A DNA stretch of 63,137 nucleotides, the filler included, from Folioceros fuciformis (taxonomy: Eukaryota), in the NCBI GenBank assembly GCA_049999805.1. It is 7 parts of 7 records of this genome, joined end to end, with 100 filler letters (N's around TTAATTAATTAA, not from the genome) between each part and the next. Parts side by side here need not be neighbours in the genome. Positions count along the whole stretch, not along the records: positions 8,073 to 14,020 come from JBNGIO010001219.1; positions 14,121 to 20,709 come from JBNGIO010001220.1; positions 20,810 to 52,714 come from JBNGIO010001223.1; 4 more parts are not named here. One strand, written 5' to 3'. Below, in pieces: positions 11,423 to 22,782 of the stretch (positions are counted from its first letter, which is position 1; each line of letters starts with the position of its first letter). Position numbers and translations under genes: made by a program. The notes below the pieces were generated by a model. The model saw only the letters and a program-made list of their open reading frames with translations. It did not search any database and had not been told where the DNA came from.

Positions 11423-14020
11423 ATGGTTGCTCCCTCATCTAGCTATGGTGGGGAAGGGTTTAGAGAAAAAGGCAGATTTGGTGGGTATGATTACGACATA
11501 TGGGTAATCAAAATGCGTGGAGCTTTACAAAATAAGAAGCTTTAGAAGATAGCTGTTGGTGATGAAGATTTCCCAGCTACTACCACCACACCTACCACTG
11601 CTGAAAAGTTGAAACAGGACGAATGGGTGGCAAAAGATGAAGCTGCTATGTTCCTTGTCCGGAGTGGTTTAACCTTAGATATGCTGAGGCAGACATTCGG
11701 ATGTAAAACCTCACTAGAAATCTGTACACGACTTCAGGACCTGTATTCAGGGAGCAACACAACGAGTCAATTGACAACCTTGCGTAATTTACAGAATTGC
11801 AAGATGAAAGATGGAGAATCAGTAGAGAAGCACCTTGGTCATTTTAGGACACTTGTCTCCAAATTGGAGAGTGCCTCAAATGAGAGTGTCAAAGAAGACA
11901 TGTTAACTTTATACTTCTTACTATCTCTCCTAGAATCATGGTCACATTTTGTGACATCCTCCAATGCTTCACATCTTCAAACCTCGAAACTGGCAAAGGC
12001 AGCAAATGTTACACTTCCTGAAACCACCTTTGCAGAGTTAGTGGGAGCATTGCTCCAACAAGAAGCAACAAGGGTTCCAGTAAACATTCTGGAAAACAGC
12101 AAGCCCTCTACACATCCAATAGGGGCCCTGGAGGAGGAAAACCCTACAACAAAGGTGGAGGAAGTATATCTAGAGGTGGTGGCTCACAAGAACAAGGAGC
12201 CAACCAAAGAAAACCTTAAGGGACAAGATCTTGTAACTGGTGCAAGTTACCTGGTCACTGGGAACGTGAGTGTAGAAAGAAGCAATCTGGTGTTCCTCGC
12301 AAGGAGGATTCATCAGTTGCTGAGACTCACTAGATTGTGAAGAAACAACCTACCCCCTCCGCCCTCACTGTAGGTACGAGAGTCTTTGCAAGTTCATACT
12401 TGCATCCTGCTTGCCTGTCAACAAAATTGAAGGTAAGCCAAGCTATGGACTGGTTCTTAGATACAAGTGCTACAGCACATATTTGTTTTGATAGAGGATC
12501 TTTTGAAACATATCAGTCAGTAAAGGATCAATATGTTTACTTGGGAGATGACAAATCCTTAGCGTCCCCTGGTCATGGCACAATAGACTTGTTAGTCCCG
12601 TCAGGTGCAGTACTAACACTGCATGACGTTTACTATGTGCCAGACATGACTAGAAATTTAATTTCAGTCTGAAAGTTGAATGCTGACAACAACTATCACA
12701 TGCTATTCACTAGAACTGAGTGTCAACTACTGGATGCATTTGACCATAGAAAAATACTTGCCTATGGTTCTGAAGATCATGATGTATTTCGTCTTCATAC
12801 AAGTAGTGGTGCTCCAACCTCTCACATTACTCGAGATGTCATCACTGTACCTATAATAGACAAGTCCAAGTTATGGCATGCAAGAATAGGTCACCCTCAT
12901 ATAGCAAAACTACAAAGGTTGGCTGTTAGTGACCTTTATCAAGATGGACCAATTGGGACATTGGCTCCACTCCCACTTTGCGAGTCCTGTGTTCTTTCCA
13001 AGAGACATCAAGCTGCTTTTAAGAATAAAGCACCTCACAAGGCCTCAGAGGTTTTAGAACTTGTGCACACAAATTTGTGTGGCCCACTCTCACAGGAATC
13101 CATAGGAGGTGGGAAATACTCTCTTACTTTTACAGATGACAAAACTAGGTTTGTCACTACCTACATTCTGAAACAGAAAAGTGAGTGCTTTAGATATTTC
13201 AGAGATTATCTAAAGTATGCTGAAAGGTGGGCTGGAAAGCAGCTAAAAACCCTAAGATCAGATAATGGGGGAGAGTTTACCTCCAATGAATTTCAGGCTT
13301 TCTATGTGGCTGAAGGCATTGGATGACAACTAACAGTTGTCTATAGACCTCAACAGAATAGAGTTGATGAGCGACTTAACCTAACTTTGCAGGAAATGAC
13401 ATCCTCGTTGTTACACTCTGCTCAGCTTCCCCTGTCATATTGGGCAGAAGCCATTATGACCTCAACATACCTTAGAAATAGGTTACCCACATCTTCTGTT
13501 GTAGATAAAACCTCCTATGAGGCCTTCACAGGTCGCAAACCATCATTTCAACACTTGCGAATTTTTGGTTGTGTGGCTCATGCCTTCATACCTAAGAAGA
13601 AGAGGAAGAAGTTGTTAGATAAGGCTAAAAAGCTTCTCATGTTAGGTTACATAGAAGGAATTAAAGCCTATAAGCTTTATGATGTCCGCAAGAACAAGAT
13701 AGTATATGCCCGAAGTATTACCTTTGATGAAAGTCACACCTGGGCATCCTTGGAGTCTAGTGAGGATCCTGTTCTCAACAATGATGAAGACTCCACAGGC
13801 TTTGTTGATTCCTATTTTGACCAAACTGATCATGGAACTCAACATGTTCGACCGGAGGACATTGTTCCTGCATGTGGGGAAGACATAGCAGATTTTGATT
13901 TTGCAGATACTAATGAGGTAGGTGTAGTTGACCCAGAAACAATACTTGTGCTTGAAGATCCAAATCCGCCAGCCTTGCATGAACAACATCCTCCTGTTCC
14001 TGAAGAAGGACAGAACGCAG
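11423..14020 (+). mobile_element. Decayed Ty1/Copia gag-protease-integrase, truncated by linker
   Basis: Gag start at 11423; zinc knuckle CNWCKLPGHWEREC; protease WFLDTSATAH; integrase LWHARIGH..CESC, LELVHTNLCGP, LRSDNGGEF, YWAEA, LRIFGC. Several stops and frameshifts. Confidence 0.92.
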
Positions 14021-14120
14021 NNNNNNNNNNNNNNNNNNNNNNNNNNNNNNNNNNNNNNNNNNNNTTAATTAATTAANNNNNNNNNNNNNNNNNNNNNNNN
14101 NNNNNNNNNNNNNNNNNNNN
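14021..14120. other. Artificial contig linker
   Basis: N44-TTAATTAATTAA-N44. Confidence 0.97.
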
Positions 14121-15309
14121 TCTCATGGACAGATGAAGAGGAGGACTACTGGAGCGATATCCCTTATACCCTGAATCGGGTAGAGTGTTTTGGGATCACT
14201 TTGAACTGCAATATGGTAGGGACTGAATCCTGCTTGCGAACCTGTAGGAAACACAGGAACCACCTGGCCAGGCCCATCAGCTGAGGGTTGGCCATATCGC
14301 AAACCAGCCACCCATTGGCTTCCTTCTTGGTGCCTGGTTTGAGTAGCACCTCGACGTCCGTTGTGCCACCTCGTTTCTTCAAGGACTCCAGCACCAGTCC
14401 CCCCTCCTCCTGCTGATCGCGACCATACACCCGCCTCACCAGCTCCAGGTTCCATTCCTGGGGCCTGCCGCGGATTCCCTCTTCTTGGACGGGCTTTCTG
14501 ATCTTCAGTGCGCACTCCCTGACCAGTTGCGGTGTTGCATGGTTCTACCTCTGGGTCATGAACCCGAGGCCTAGTTCTCCGACCAACCCTCCGGCTCTGA
14601 CCCTCCAGTGCTCCATGTTGGGCCACAGGAGCACGTCGATCTTCAGAACAGGAGGCTCTCCCTCCTCCTCAGGCACCATTACTCCTGGTAGCAACTCTGG
14701 ACGAGACCTCATCCTGCCTGATCTCCTCCCGTGCTCCGAACGCTGCTACCCTCCTGCACCTGTGGTTGCTGGTGTTCTCCGCCCACTCTGCTCCATTGCC
14801 TTAGCGCCCCCGCCCCACTTCGGACCGTCGTCGCGCTCTGCGGCTACTCCCGCTCCCGTTCCAACCCGCGAACGCTCCTACCTCGATTACTGCCTAGATC
14901 CCCCTTGACTCTCTCTAGGGTTTTATACTGCCGTCCCCATTCCGCTACCGCTGGTTCCCCTTCCACGACAGTCGCCCATTCGGCTACCGTAGCCTAGTCA
15001 CAACACTCCGGTTTTTCGCCTAAGTCCACAACTACCTAAGCCCGTACCCCCACTTCCTATTTCTTATTTTCCAGGGGGGAGTGCATATATAGACACCTGA
15101 GTACCCCAGAACCACCAAGGGCCAAGGAGCCTTTTGGGTATAAATACCCGAGTATTATTTCCATACTAAGCCGATCCACTCGCATCTTGACAAAAAAAAT
15201 CCCAACTGTTCATTCTGCTCTTCAAAATGGGAGTCCCGAAAGTTTTTTTCCTCTACAACAACCATAGCGGGCAATCACTTGCTCAAACAGAAACTTTGCT
15301 ACCACATGG

Positions 15310-18300
15310 GCAGTGTCTACCTGGAGAGGTTGCGCTTCCACCATCCGCGTGCAATAGTCCGTCGTGACTAGGATGTACTGGTTCTGTTGGACTCGGGTCT
15401 TTGGCTAGATCGGCCCCACAAAGTCGATTCCCCATTTCTCAAATGGGGCCAAAGCCAAAATTGGCACGAGGGGCCACTGCGTCGTCGCTATTGGTTTTCC
15501 TACTCTCGGGCACGTGTCACACTTCTTGACGAATTTGGCTGTCCTTGTACATGGTTGGCCACCAGTACCCTGCTTCCAACATCTTCCTACAGGTGATGTG
15601 CGCAGCGAAATGCCGACCTGCCTCTTCTTCGTGCAACCCCTTCAGCACTCGCTCTACCTTCTCCCCTGTCCCCATCTGGTCCCATTCGGTACAACTCGTC
15701 CCATTGCAAGTGAACGGCCTGGCATAGTGCACAAAAGTCTGCACCTGTTGTCTCGACAAATCAACGAGAATGACTACCGTTTCTATGAATTCCGCTACCT
15801 CCTGGTAGCTGGGTTTGACAAAACCGACCCTCCCCTTCTCACTCCCTGCCGCGCCCTCATCTTCATGTCATCTTCAGTTAGGCACGGCCGCTTCACCCTC
15901 CATTTCTGCCGTGAACAGAGTTTCATCGGGAAACTCATCCTCCTGATCCTGGACTAACTCCTCCGTCTGTAGTTGCAAGAGGTAGTCGGCGTTGACATGC
16001 TTGCTCCCCTCCTTGGTCTCCACCGTGAAGGTGAATTCCTACAGCAAGAGGATCCACCTCGCGATCCTCCCCGAAAAGTCCACCTTGTTCACCAGATGCT
16101 TAAGTGCAAAGTGGTCCACATGGAAAACAAATTCATAGGACAGCAGGTAGTGGCGGAATTTCCTAACCGAATACACCATCCCGAGCGCCTCCCTCTCGAT
16201 GGTGGTGTATTTCCACTTTGCCTCAGTGAGTTGCCTCCCAACGTAGTAGATAGGAGAATCCCTTTTCTTCTCATCTCGCTGGCTAAGCACCACTCCAATC
16301 ACGAAGGCTAAAACATTGACATACACATGAAACTTTTTGCTCCAGTTGGGCCCTTTGAGTGTCGGTGCTGAGATAAGTGTTGTTCGTAGATCTTGGAAGG
16401 CTTCCTCCCTCAGCGGCGTCCACTCCCACTCTTGATCCTTCCTCAACAGGCTAGTCAACAGCGCAGCCCTCTTGGCAAAGTTTTTGATGAACCTTCTGTA
16501 ATAGCCAACCATGCCCAAGAATCCCCTCAACCCTTTTAGTGTCGTCGATAGTTGGAGAGCTGCGATGATCTTCACTATGTCGGGGTCGACCTCAATCCCC
16601 CTCGCTGAGATCCTGTGACCGAGCAAGATGCCTTTCGCCATCCCAAAGTAACATCTCTCCGGGTGCAGACACAATTTGGCCTCCCTGTATCTCTCCAGAC
16701 ATTTCCTAAGGTGCCATGGGTGATCCTCCTCTATCCCGAATAGACAGAAGTTGTCCAGGAAAACTTCCATGAAGTCGCGGAGAAAGTTCTTGAGAATCTT
16801 GATGATCGCCCTCATGAAGGATCCTGGCGCTCCAGTCAATCTAAAAGCACTGCGCTTGTAGGCATATGTTCCCTAGTCAGTGGTAAACGCAGTCAATGGC
16901 CAATCACTCTCCCGGAGATGCAACTGATTGTATCCCGAGTATCCGTCCAGGAAGGAGTACATCATCCGCCCCGCAACTAAGTCCAAAATGTTGTCGATGA
17001 ACGGTAGCGGAAAGTGGTCCTTCTGGGTTACCTTGTTCAGCCTCCACCAGTCTTGGCACACTCTGATCTTGCTTGGTTGCTTATTAGGTACCACAACAAT
17101 CGGCGCTACCCACTCTGAGGTGACAATAAGATAAATGATGTCCACCTTGAGGTACAACTCCAGCTGCTCCTTCACCTTTAGTAAGTACTTCGGATTCAGC
17201 TTGTACTGAGGAATCCTGACTGGTACTGCTCCCGGCTCCAACTCGATCTTGTGCTCTCCCCACTCCTTGGGTATCCCTTTCATGTCAGTGACGTCGAAGG
17301 CAAACACATCAATGAATTCGGCCAGCAGATCCTTCATCCCCTTCTCTAGTACTGTGTCCAGCTTGGTGGAAAACCTAAGGACTTTTCCTGGCAAGACCTC
17401 CAGGTCTTTGATTTCATCTGCTTGTCCCCACTCGCGTTCCACCAGTGCAGAGGTGATTCCGAATCCCTCCTCAGGCCCTCGGGGTTCTGCTTCCCTCATT
17501 CCCCACTTATGGAAAGTTCTTCAGAGGTAATCCGTGTGACACCCTCCTGTGTCCCCTCCTGCTCTGGCAGCCTCTCCTCCGGTTCACCTACCTCCGACTT
17601 CATTGGTTCGCCTACCTCCGGCTTCATTGGTTCAACTACCTCGGTATTGGGTTCCACTACCTCCAGTCCTCCTTCGGCTACCTCAGTAGTGGGTTCGGCT
17701 ACCTTGGTAGTCGATTCGGCTACCTCCAATCCACCTTCAACTACCTCGGTAGTTGACTCCACTACCTCCACCTTAGACTCCACAACCGCATAGTCTTTCG
17801 TGATTCTGTAACAATTGACCAGGGGCAGGTTTTGCTTATAATCCTTCTCCTCATCTGACCAAGAGATGTGAGCAAAGGGAAACCTCTCATCCTCATCTGC
17901 TGGCTCATCCATCTCTTCAGCTGAAGTATATATTCATCAGTCTATGAAGGTGTCTCCCCGACGTACATGTCCTTGCTCCACGACAAGTTCATCCTTCCTT
18001 CCTTGGTCTTCGGGTCCCAATCTAGTGGTTTGAAGCCTACCTTCTTTCATCCCCACCTAAAAGTACATCTGGCACCATACATCCACGTCCTTCCAATCAA
18101 CACTTCATATCCTGGAGCCTTCTGCTTAATCACCACATAATCCATGAGATATGAAATGGTGCCGATGTGGGTGAGAACTCCAATGATCTCCCCTACTGGT
18201 GCCATTTTCGACATGTCCGCTAGTCGCAAAAATTTAGCTGTGTGCTCGATCTCCAATCCCAGCTTCCGGGCTGTGTCTTTTGTCATGATGTTCACTCCAG

Positions 18301-19406
18301 ACCCAGGGTCTAGAGGTACCTTCTTAATCACACACCCTGCGATCTCGATTTGCAATTCGGTTGGTCCTTGGTCTGACATCGCCACTAAGTTCACGGAGTG
18401 AGTCCTCGGCCTCACCCTTGGCAGGCTCTGCTTCCTCTTGGGCTGTGCCATCTTCAACGCTCGTTGAAGCTGCTGTCTGTATCGCGGTGCGTCTCGGAGT
18501 AGATGGCCAAAAGTCACCATGAATTTTTGGTCCATAATGGCTTCCGCCAAGTCAAGCACTTCCTGCACCTGCGTCCTCCCCTTCTTAGCTTCTGCTGCGG
18601 GTCGACTATCCTTCTTCCCAGGCCCTTCCTGGTTCCCTACAGTTACTGAGTTAGGTCGCCCTTTACCGACCGTCGCCGAACACTCAGGAGTGTGGTCCAA
18701 CTCCTCCCGAATCATTTCTGCCACTTCCCTTCGAACATACGGAGGGAAACCCAATGCTCTCAGTCTGTCCAGACGTGAGGTTTCTTCTGCTGCTTTCGCC
18801 CCTTAGGGTGGTCCGTCTTCAGACTGGCCCTCCCTCTCCGCACGCGTCTTTGGATCGGCGACTGCCCCATTCCCTACTCCGGCCTCTGTTTGGTCCTTTG
18901 GTGCTTCCTCCTGCTCTATTGGTGATGACGCTTCCTTCTCTCCGCTGCTTGCAGAGGTCGATGTGTCTCCCGAGGCATCCGTTGAACTGGAGGAGATAGA
19001 TCGCGCTCTTCCCCCTCGCTTCTCCTGCGCCGATTCATCGGTCACCTTGGTGGCTTTGGCTCTGCCTCGAGTTCGGACAGCCATGGCGGGCGCCTTCTCA
19101 TAATACCGCTTGTCCAAGTTTCCCAAGCCTTCCAATTCCCTCAGCATGTGGGCCTCCACGTCTTCCCACACGGCCATGAGCACGTCGGTCACTTGTGCTG
19201 TAGACGGCGCACTCGGTCCAACGGACTGAATCACTGTTGCAGGGGTAGGAGCAATCCGCACATGTTTCTTCGGCGCGGCACAAAGGACACTCCCAGCGAC
19301 GTGGCCCATCTGCTTGCAGTCAGTGCACAACCTCTCGTAGTTGCCGTTCCCTTGTCGCGTCGGTGAAGGAAAACTACTTGCAAAATGGCCTATTCCCCGA
19401 CAATGG
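15310..19406 (-). mobile_element. Decayed Ty3/Gypsy gag-pol (gag knuckles, protease, RT, RNase H, truncated integrase)
   Basis: Knuckles CRGIGHFASS and CTDCKQMGH; protease LDPGSGVNIM; RT KDHFPLPFID, FLDGYSGYNQ, VFLDNF; RNase H YTTIEREALGMVYSVRKFRHYL; integrase GYWWPTM and FEKWGIDFVGPI. Order PR-RT-RH-INT is Gypsy type. Confidence 0.93.
17570..17790 (-). repeat. 21-24-bp coding tandem repeat between Gypsy protease and RT
   Basis: Translates as VVESKVE VVESTTE VVEGGLE VAESTTK VAEPTTE VAEGGLE VVEPNTE VVEPMKP EVGEPMKS EVGEP. Confidence 0.8.
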
Positions 19407-20709
19407 TGTGGAGGCAAAACCCCGGGCACTTATTGCCAATGGGTTCCACCTTTAATGGCCACACTTATCCCACTGTCGTTGAGACATTGGGTTTCGTTCC
19501 CACGAAGGAGCGATGGGGTTCCTTGTTGCTGTGGATGGAGGGTCGGACTTGATCGACTCGATGATGGATTCGAGGGCTCCCCTCCAGCTTCGATCAGGCG
19601 TAGGACAGGCCTCGCTGTCCGGTGGTCAGCTGCACCTCTCTCGGTGCCCACAAACTCACTCCAGTCACTACAACGACTCTAACCTCTCAGATCTGCGACT
19701 TCCTTCACTCACTTCACTCACTCTCTCGCTCCAGCACCAACATCAACAACTACCAGCAACCAGCAACGACACCACTACCTTCTACACTTCCCTATTGACT
19801 CCTCCTACCCGGCAAGAGTCACTAGACTAACCCCAAACAAAAGGAAGAAGGGAACACACTCCCCTCGTGGATATCTCCCCCCTACAACCTTACCAGACGC
19901 CATGAAACATGGCCGGCCTACAACACTTGTCCGAGCAAGGAACAAGAGTGGACGGGTCGAGAGAAAGACACATCCTTTACAATCAAGAGCTAGGGGCAAG
20001 CCCCTTCACCCTGGTCATTACACCTTGTGATCCTACCAGACACTATACAACCGGCAACACGCTACCCGCGATCCTACCAGACACTGTACAGCCGGCAACA
20101 CGCTGCCTGCGATCCTACCAAACACTATACAGCCGGCAACACACGGCTTGCGATCCTACCAGACGTTGCACAGCCGGCAACACACTGCAGGTCCTAAAAA
20201 CCAAGCAGGGACAGACCACAAGAGCTCATGAAGAGAGGACCTCCAAGAACTCACAAAGAGATAGACTGACTCCCAAATTGAATGACTCCTTCTTCCTACA
20301 GGCTCACCTGATCTTATAGGAGCCTCTCTCTCTCTCTGACTTCACCTCTCTCTAACTTGAGAAATATTATTTTAATAGGCCAGCCGGCTGTCACCAGCCA
20401 CTTATTTAGACTTCTAGCACAACCTGCCACCAATGAGCTTCTGGTCCTACCACCACAAGGATCTACCACCTCTTAGACTATCCAGAGACTTCGGAGGATG
20501 TCTGATCTTCAAGGGTCTGCGGACGCCGCCTCTTCCTTGCTGGATGGTCGCCCGCTAAGTCTTCCCCTGCAACTGTTCACCCTTGGTGGCTGAGCCAGCC
20601 TCTAGGGGAGGAGCATGAGCAATGGGAAAGATAGAGAAGAGGTGGGAAGGAGTGGGATCAGCAGCCGGAACCTGGCCTGAAAACGGTAGCTTATTCAGCG
20701 GGATCAGCT
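19407..20709. mobile_element. Long LTR nested into the gag of the Gypsy element, truncated by linker
   Basis: Begins TGTGGAGGCAAAACC exactly as the copy at 59829, with unrelated flanks. Near-identical to 59829-60558, and its distal part matches 301-598 in reverse. Confidence 0.85.
20029..20190 (+). repeat. 41-bp tandem repeat (~4 units) inside the LTR
   Basis: GATCCTACCAGACACTATACAACCGGCAACACGCTACCCGC-like units start at 20029, 20070, 20111 and 20152; also at 60451, 60492 and 60533. Confidence 0.9.
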
Positions 20710-20809
20710 NNNNNNNNNNNNNNNNNNNNNNNNNNNNNNNNNNNNNNNNNNNNTTAATTAATTAANNNNNNNNNNNNNNNNNNNNNNNNNNNNNNNNNNN
20801 NNNNNNNNN
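20710..20809. other. Artificial contig linker
   Basis: N44-TTAATTAATTAA-N44. Confidence 0.97.
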
Positions 20810-20949
20810 GGGACACTGGGGACGCTGCTGCTGGTTTGATGGGCGGGAGCGGGAGCCGGACTTGGAGCGGGGGGGCGCCCTCCTGGCTCCTGCACCACGT
20901 CGTAGCGCACCTCGCCTTTGCTACTCCCGCTGCCTCCTCCCTTCCCCAT
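20810..20949 (-). CDS. Possible N-terminus of an unidentified gene running into the gap (MGKGGGSGSSKGEVRYDVVQEP...)
   Basis: ATG at 20949 with an open frame to the linker and a TATA-like stretch near 21320. No recognisable domain. Confidence 0.3.
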
Positions 20950-22782
20950 CTCACTTCAGATTGTCAACCCTCCAGCTGCTGCTGCTGCTGCAGCAGCGGA
21001 TCCTCTTCAGCACCCCACGGGCAGCAATCGACAGCACCCCACGGGCAGCAATCGACAGCACCCCAGTGCCCCCAGGGGAAAGTCGACCATACTCCAGCGC
21101 CCAAAAGCAGAAATCAGCAATGCCGCGCACATCTAGTACCAACTGGGTCAGCAGACAGGCCGATCACGACCCGTCTGGCAGGTCGCCATCGCTTCCTGCC
21201 ATCACGACGACCCCGCAAGGACGCGTCCCAGTAAATACCTGCAGCTTGGATCGGACGTTACCGGGATTGTCTGTCTATATACCGTGGGCTTGTCCATCTC
21301 AGATTCCAATCGCTCCATATATATAAATATGTATACGTTTAAGTAGCATTTGCGAATTGCTATCCCGTCCTTCCTTGGTAGCGACCGTCATGAAAAGTGT
21401 TCATCTTTCATCCACTTCCGCAACAAAGAAACCGCACTCGAACTTAAATTGCTTCCGCTCCCCGGAAAACGAAACCCTCCCCCCACTCTTTCCTCTACGT
21501 TCCAAAAGGAGCAAGGCACTCGTGCGTAGTTACTGCCAATATAGATCACAACAAAAAACTGAAAGACTGTTCGTCAGGTGACGTCAACACCAGAGCCACA
21601 TGAGAGGTCACCACGACTCGCTCAGCGAAGGCAGGAGCCTCGTGAGCAAAGAGTTCAACGACTACATACATAAACTCTCAGACACGAATACCAGGTCACG
21701 CACATAGCTTCAAGAACGACATGCAGCACAAAGGACAAGACGCTTGAATACTTGTATCTAAGCTAGGACAAACTATACTAGTCTAAATATGGCTCCTAAC
21801 TATACTAGTATAGAAGGAACGCTGTCACATTATTCAATCAACCAGGTAGATCCGTCGAAGCAGCAGACCGGCGAGAGAGGGCATGGGCACAACTGTCTGC
21901 TACTCTTAAAAAGGCAACCGGATCATCACCCCTGCTGGCACATGACTACTGCCCAGAGCCACGATGATATACGCTTCCTTCCTCTCCGCCGGGAGCAAAC
22001 TGTTCCAGTGCTACTTGTATGCATCTCATAAGTCCGAGTGGCATACTGAGGTTGGGCACTCCGATACAAAATGTTGATACCCGTCGTCACAGGTCGTGCA
22101 TCCTATTACGCACACATGGCTACCGCAGTCTTGCACTCCACTTCACTGATGCGCGTCGAAAGTCTTCTTTTGATGTCAACTTCACCCTCTTAAAGTCGGC
22201 GCTCTTGAACAAAGCTATTGCAACTCGTTAGTGTCCCACCTGTGGCAACCACCAAGTCCAGTCCATCTGTGCATCTGACACCTCCTCGTAGGGATCAAAC
22301 CACATGAAATTGGGGCCCCCTGTTACATCGGCGCATGTAAAACCACCACTGAATGCTTCGTACTCACATCCGACACCATAAGCCCCACTTGTGCTTGATT
22401 GCTATTATCTCCACACGACATATTGCTCGGGAGAAGCAGCTGTTGCCCAATAGGATCGGCAGGATAATGGACAGACGGCCCGAGGTTTTGTGATGCATCT
22501 ACACATTCAGGTGCTTTAACTCGTCCCAGTTAGCCACAAGTTTTAGTGCTGTTGCAGTTATTTCATTGAAGCTCTTGCAAGTAGCTTGAGACACTTGTCA
22601 TGGGATACTACACATAGTGTGCACCCGATAAGGTCCACAAGACGGTATTGTTCACCTGTCACAAAACAAAGTTACGTTATACCTCAGCACATGCCCATCC
22701 AGATAGCATTCAAAGGTCAAAAGCGCTTTCTAGCTTCCACAAAGGCACAACAAAGAGCATACCAAGTGAGACGTGCACTTCC

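Noticed and set aside
21008-21066. 24-bp direct repeat CAGCACCCCACGGGCAGCAATCGA (~2.5 copies); also a (GT)n run near 10557-10571
   Set aside because: Ordinary slippage repeats with no further structure.
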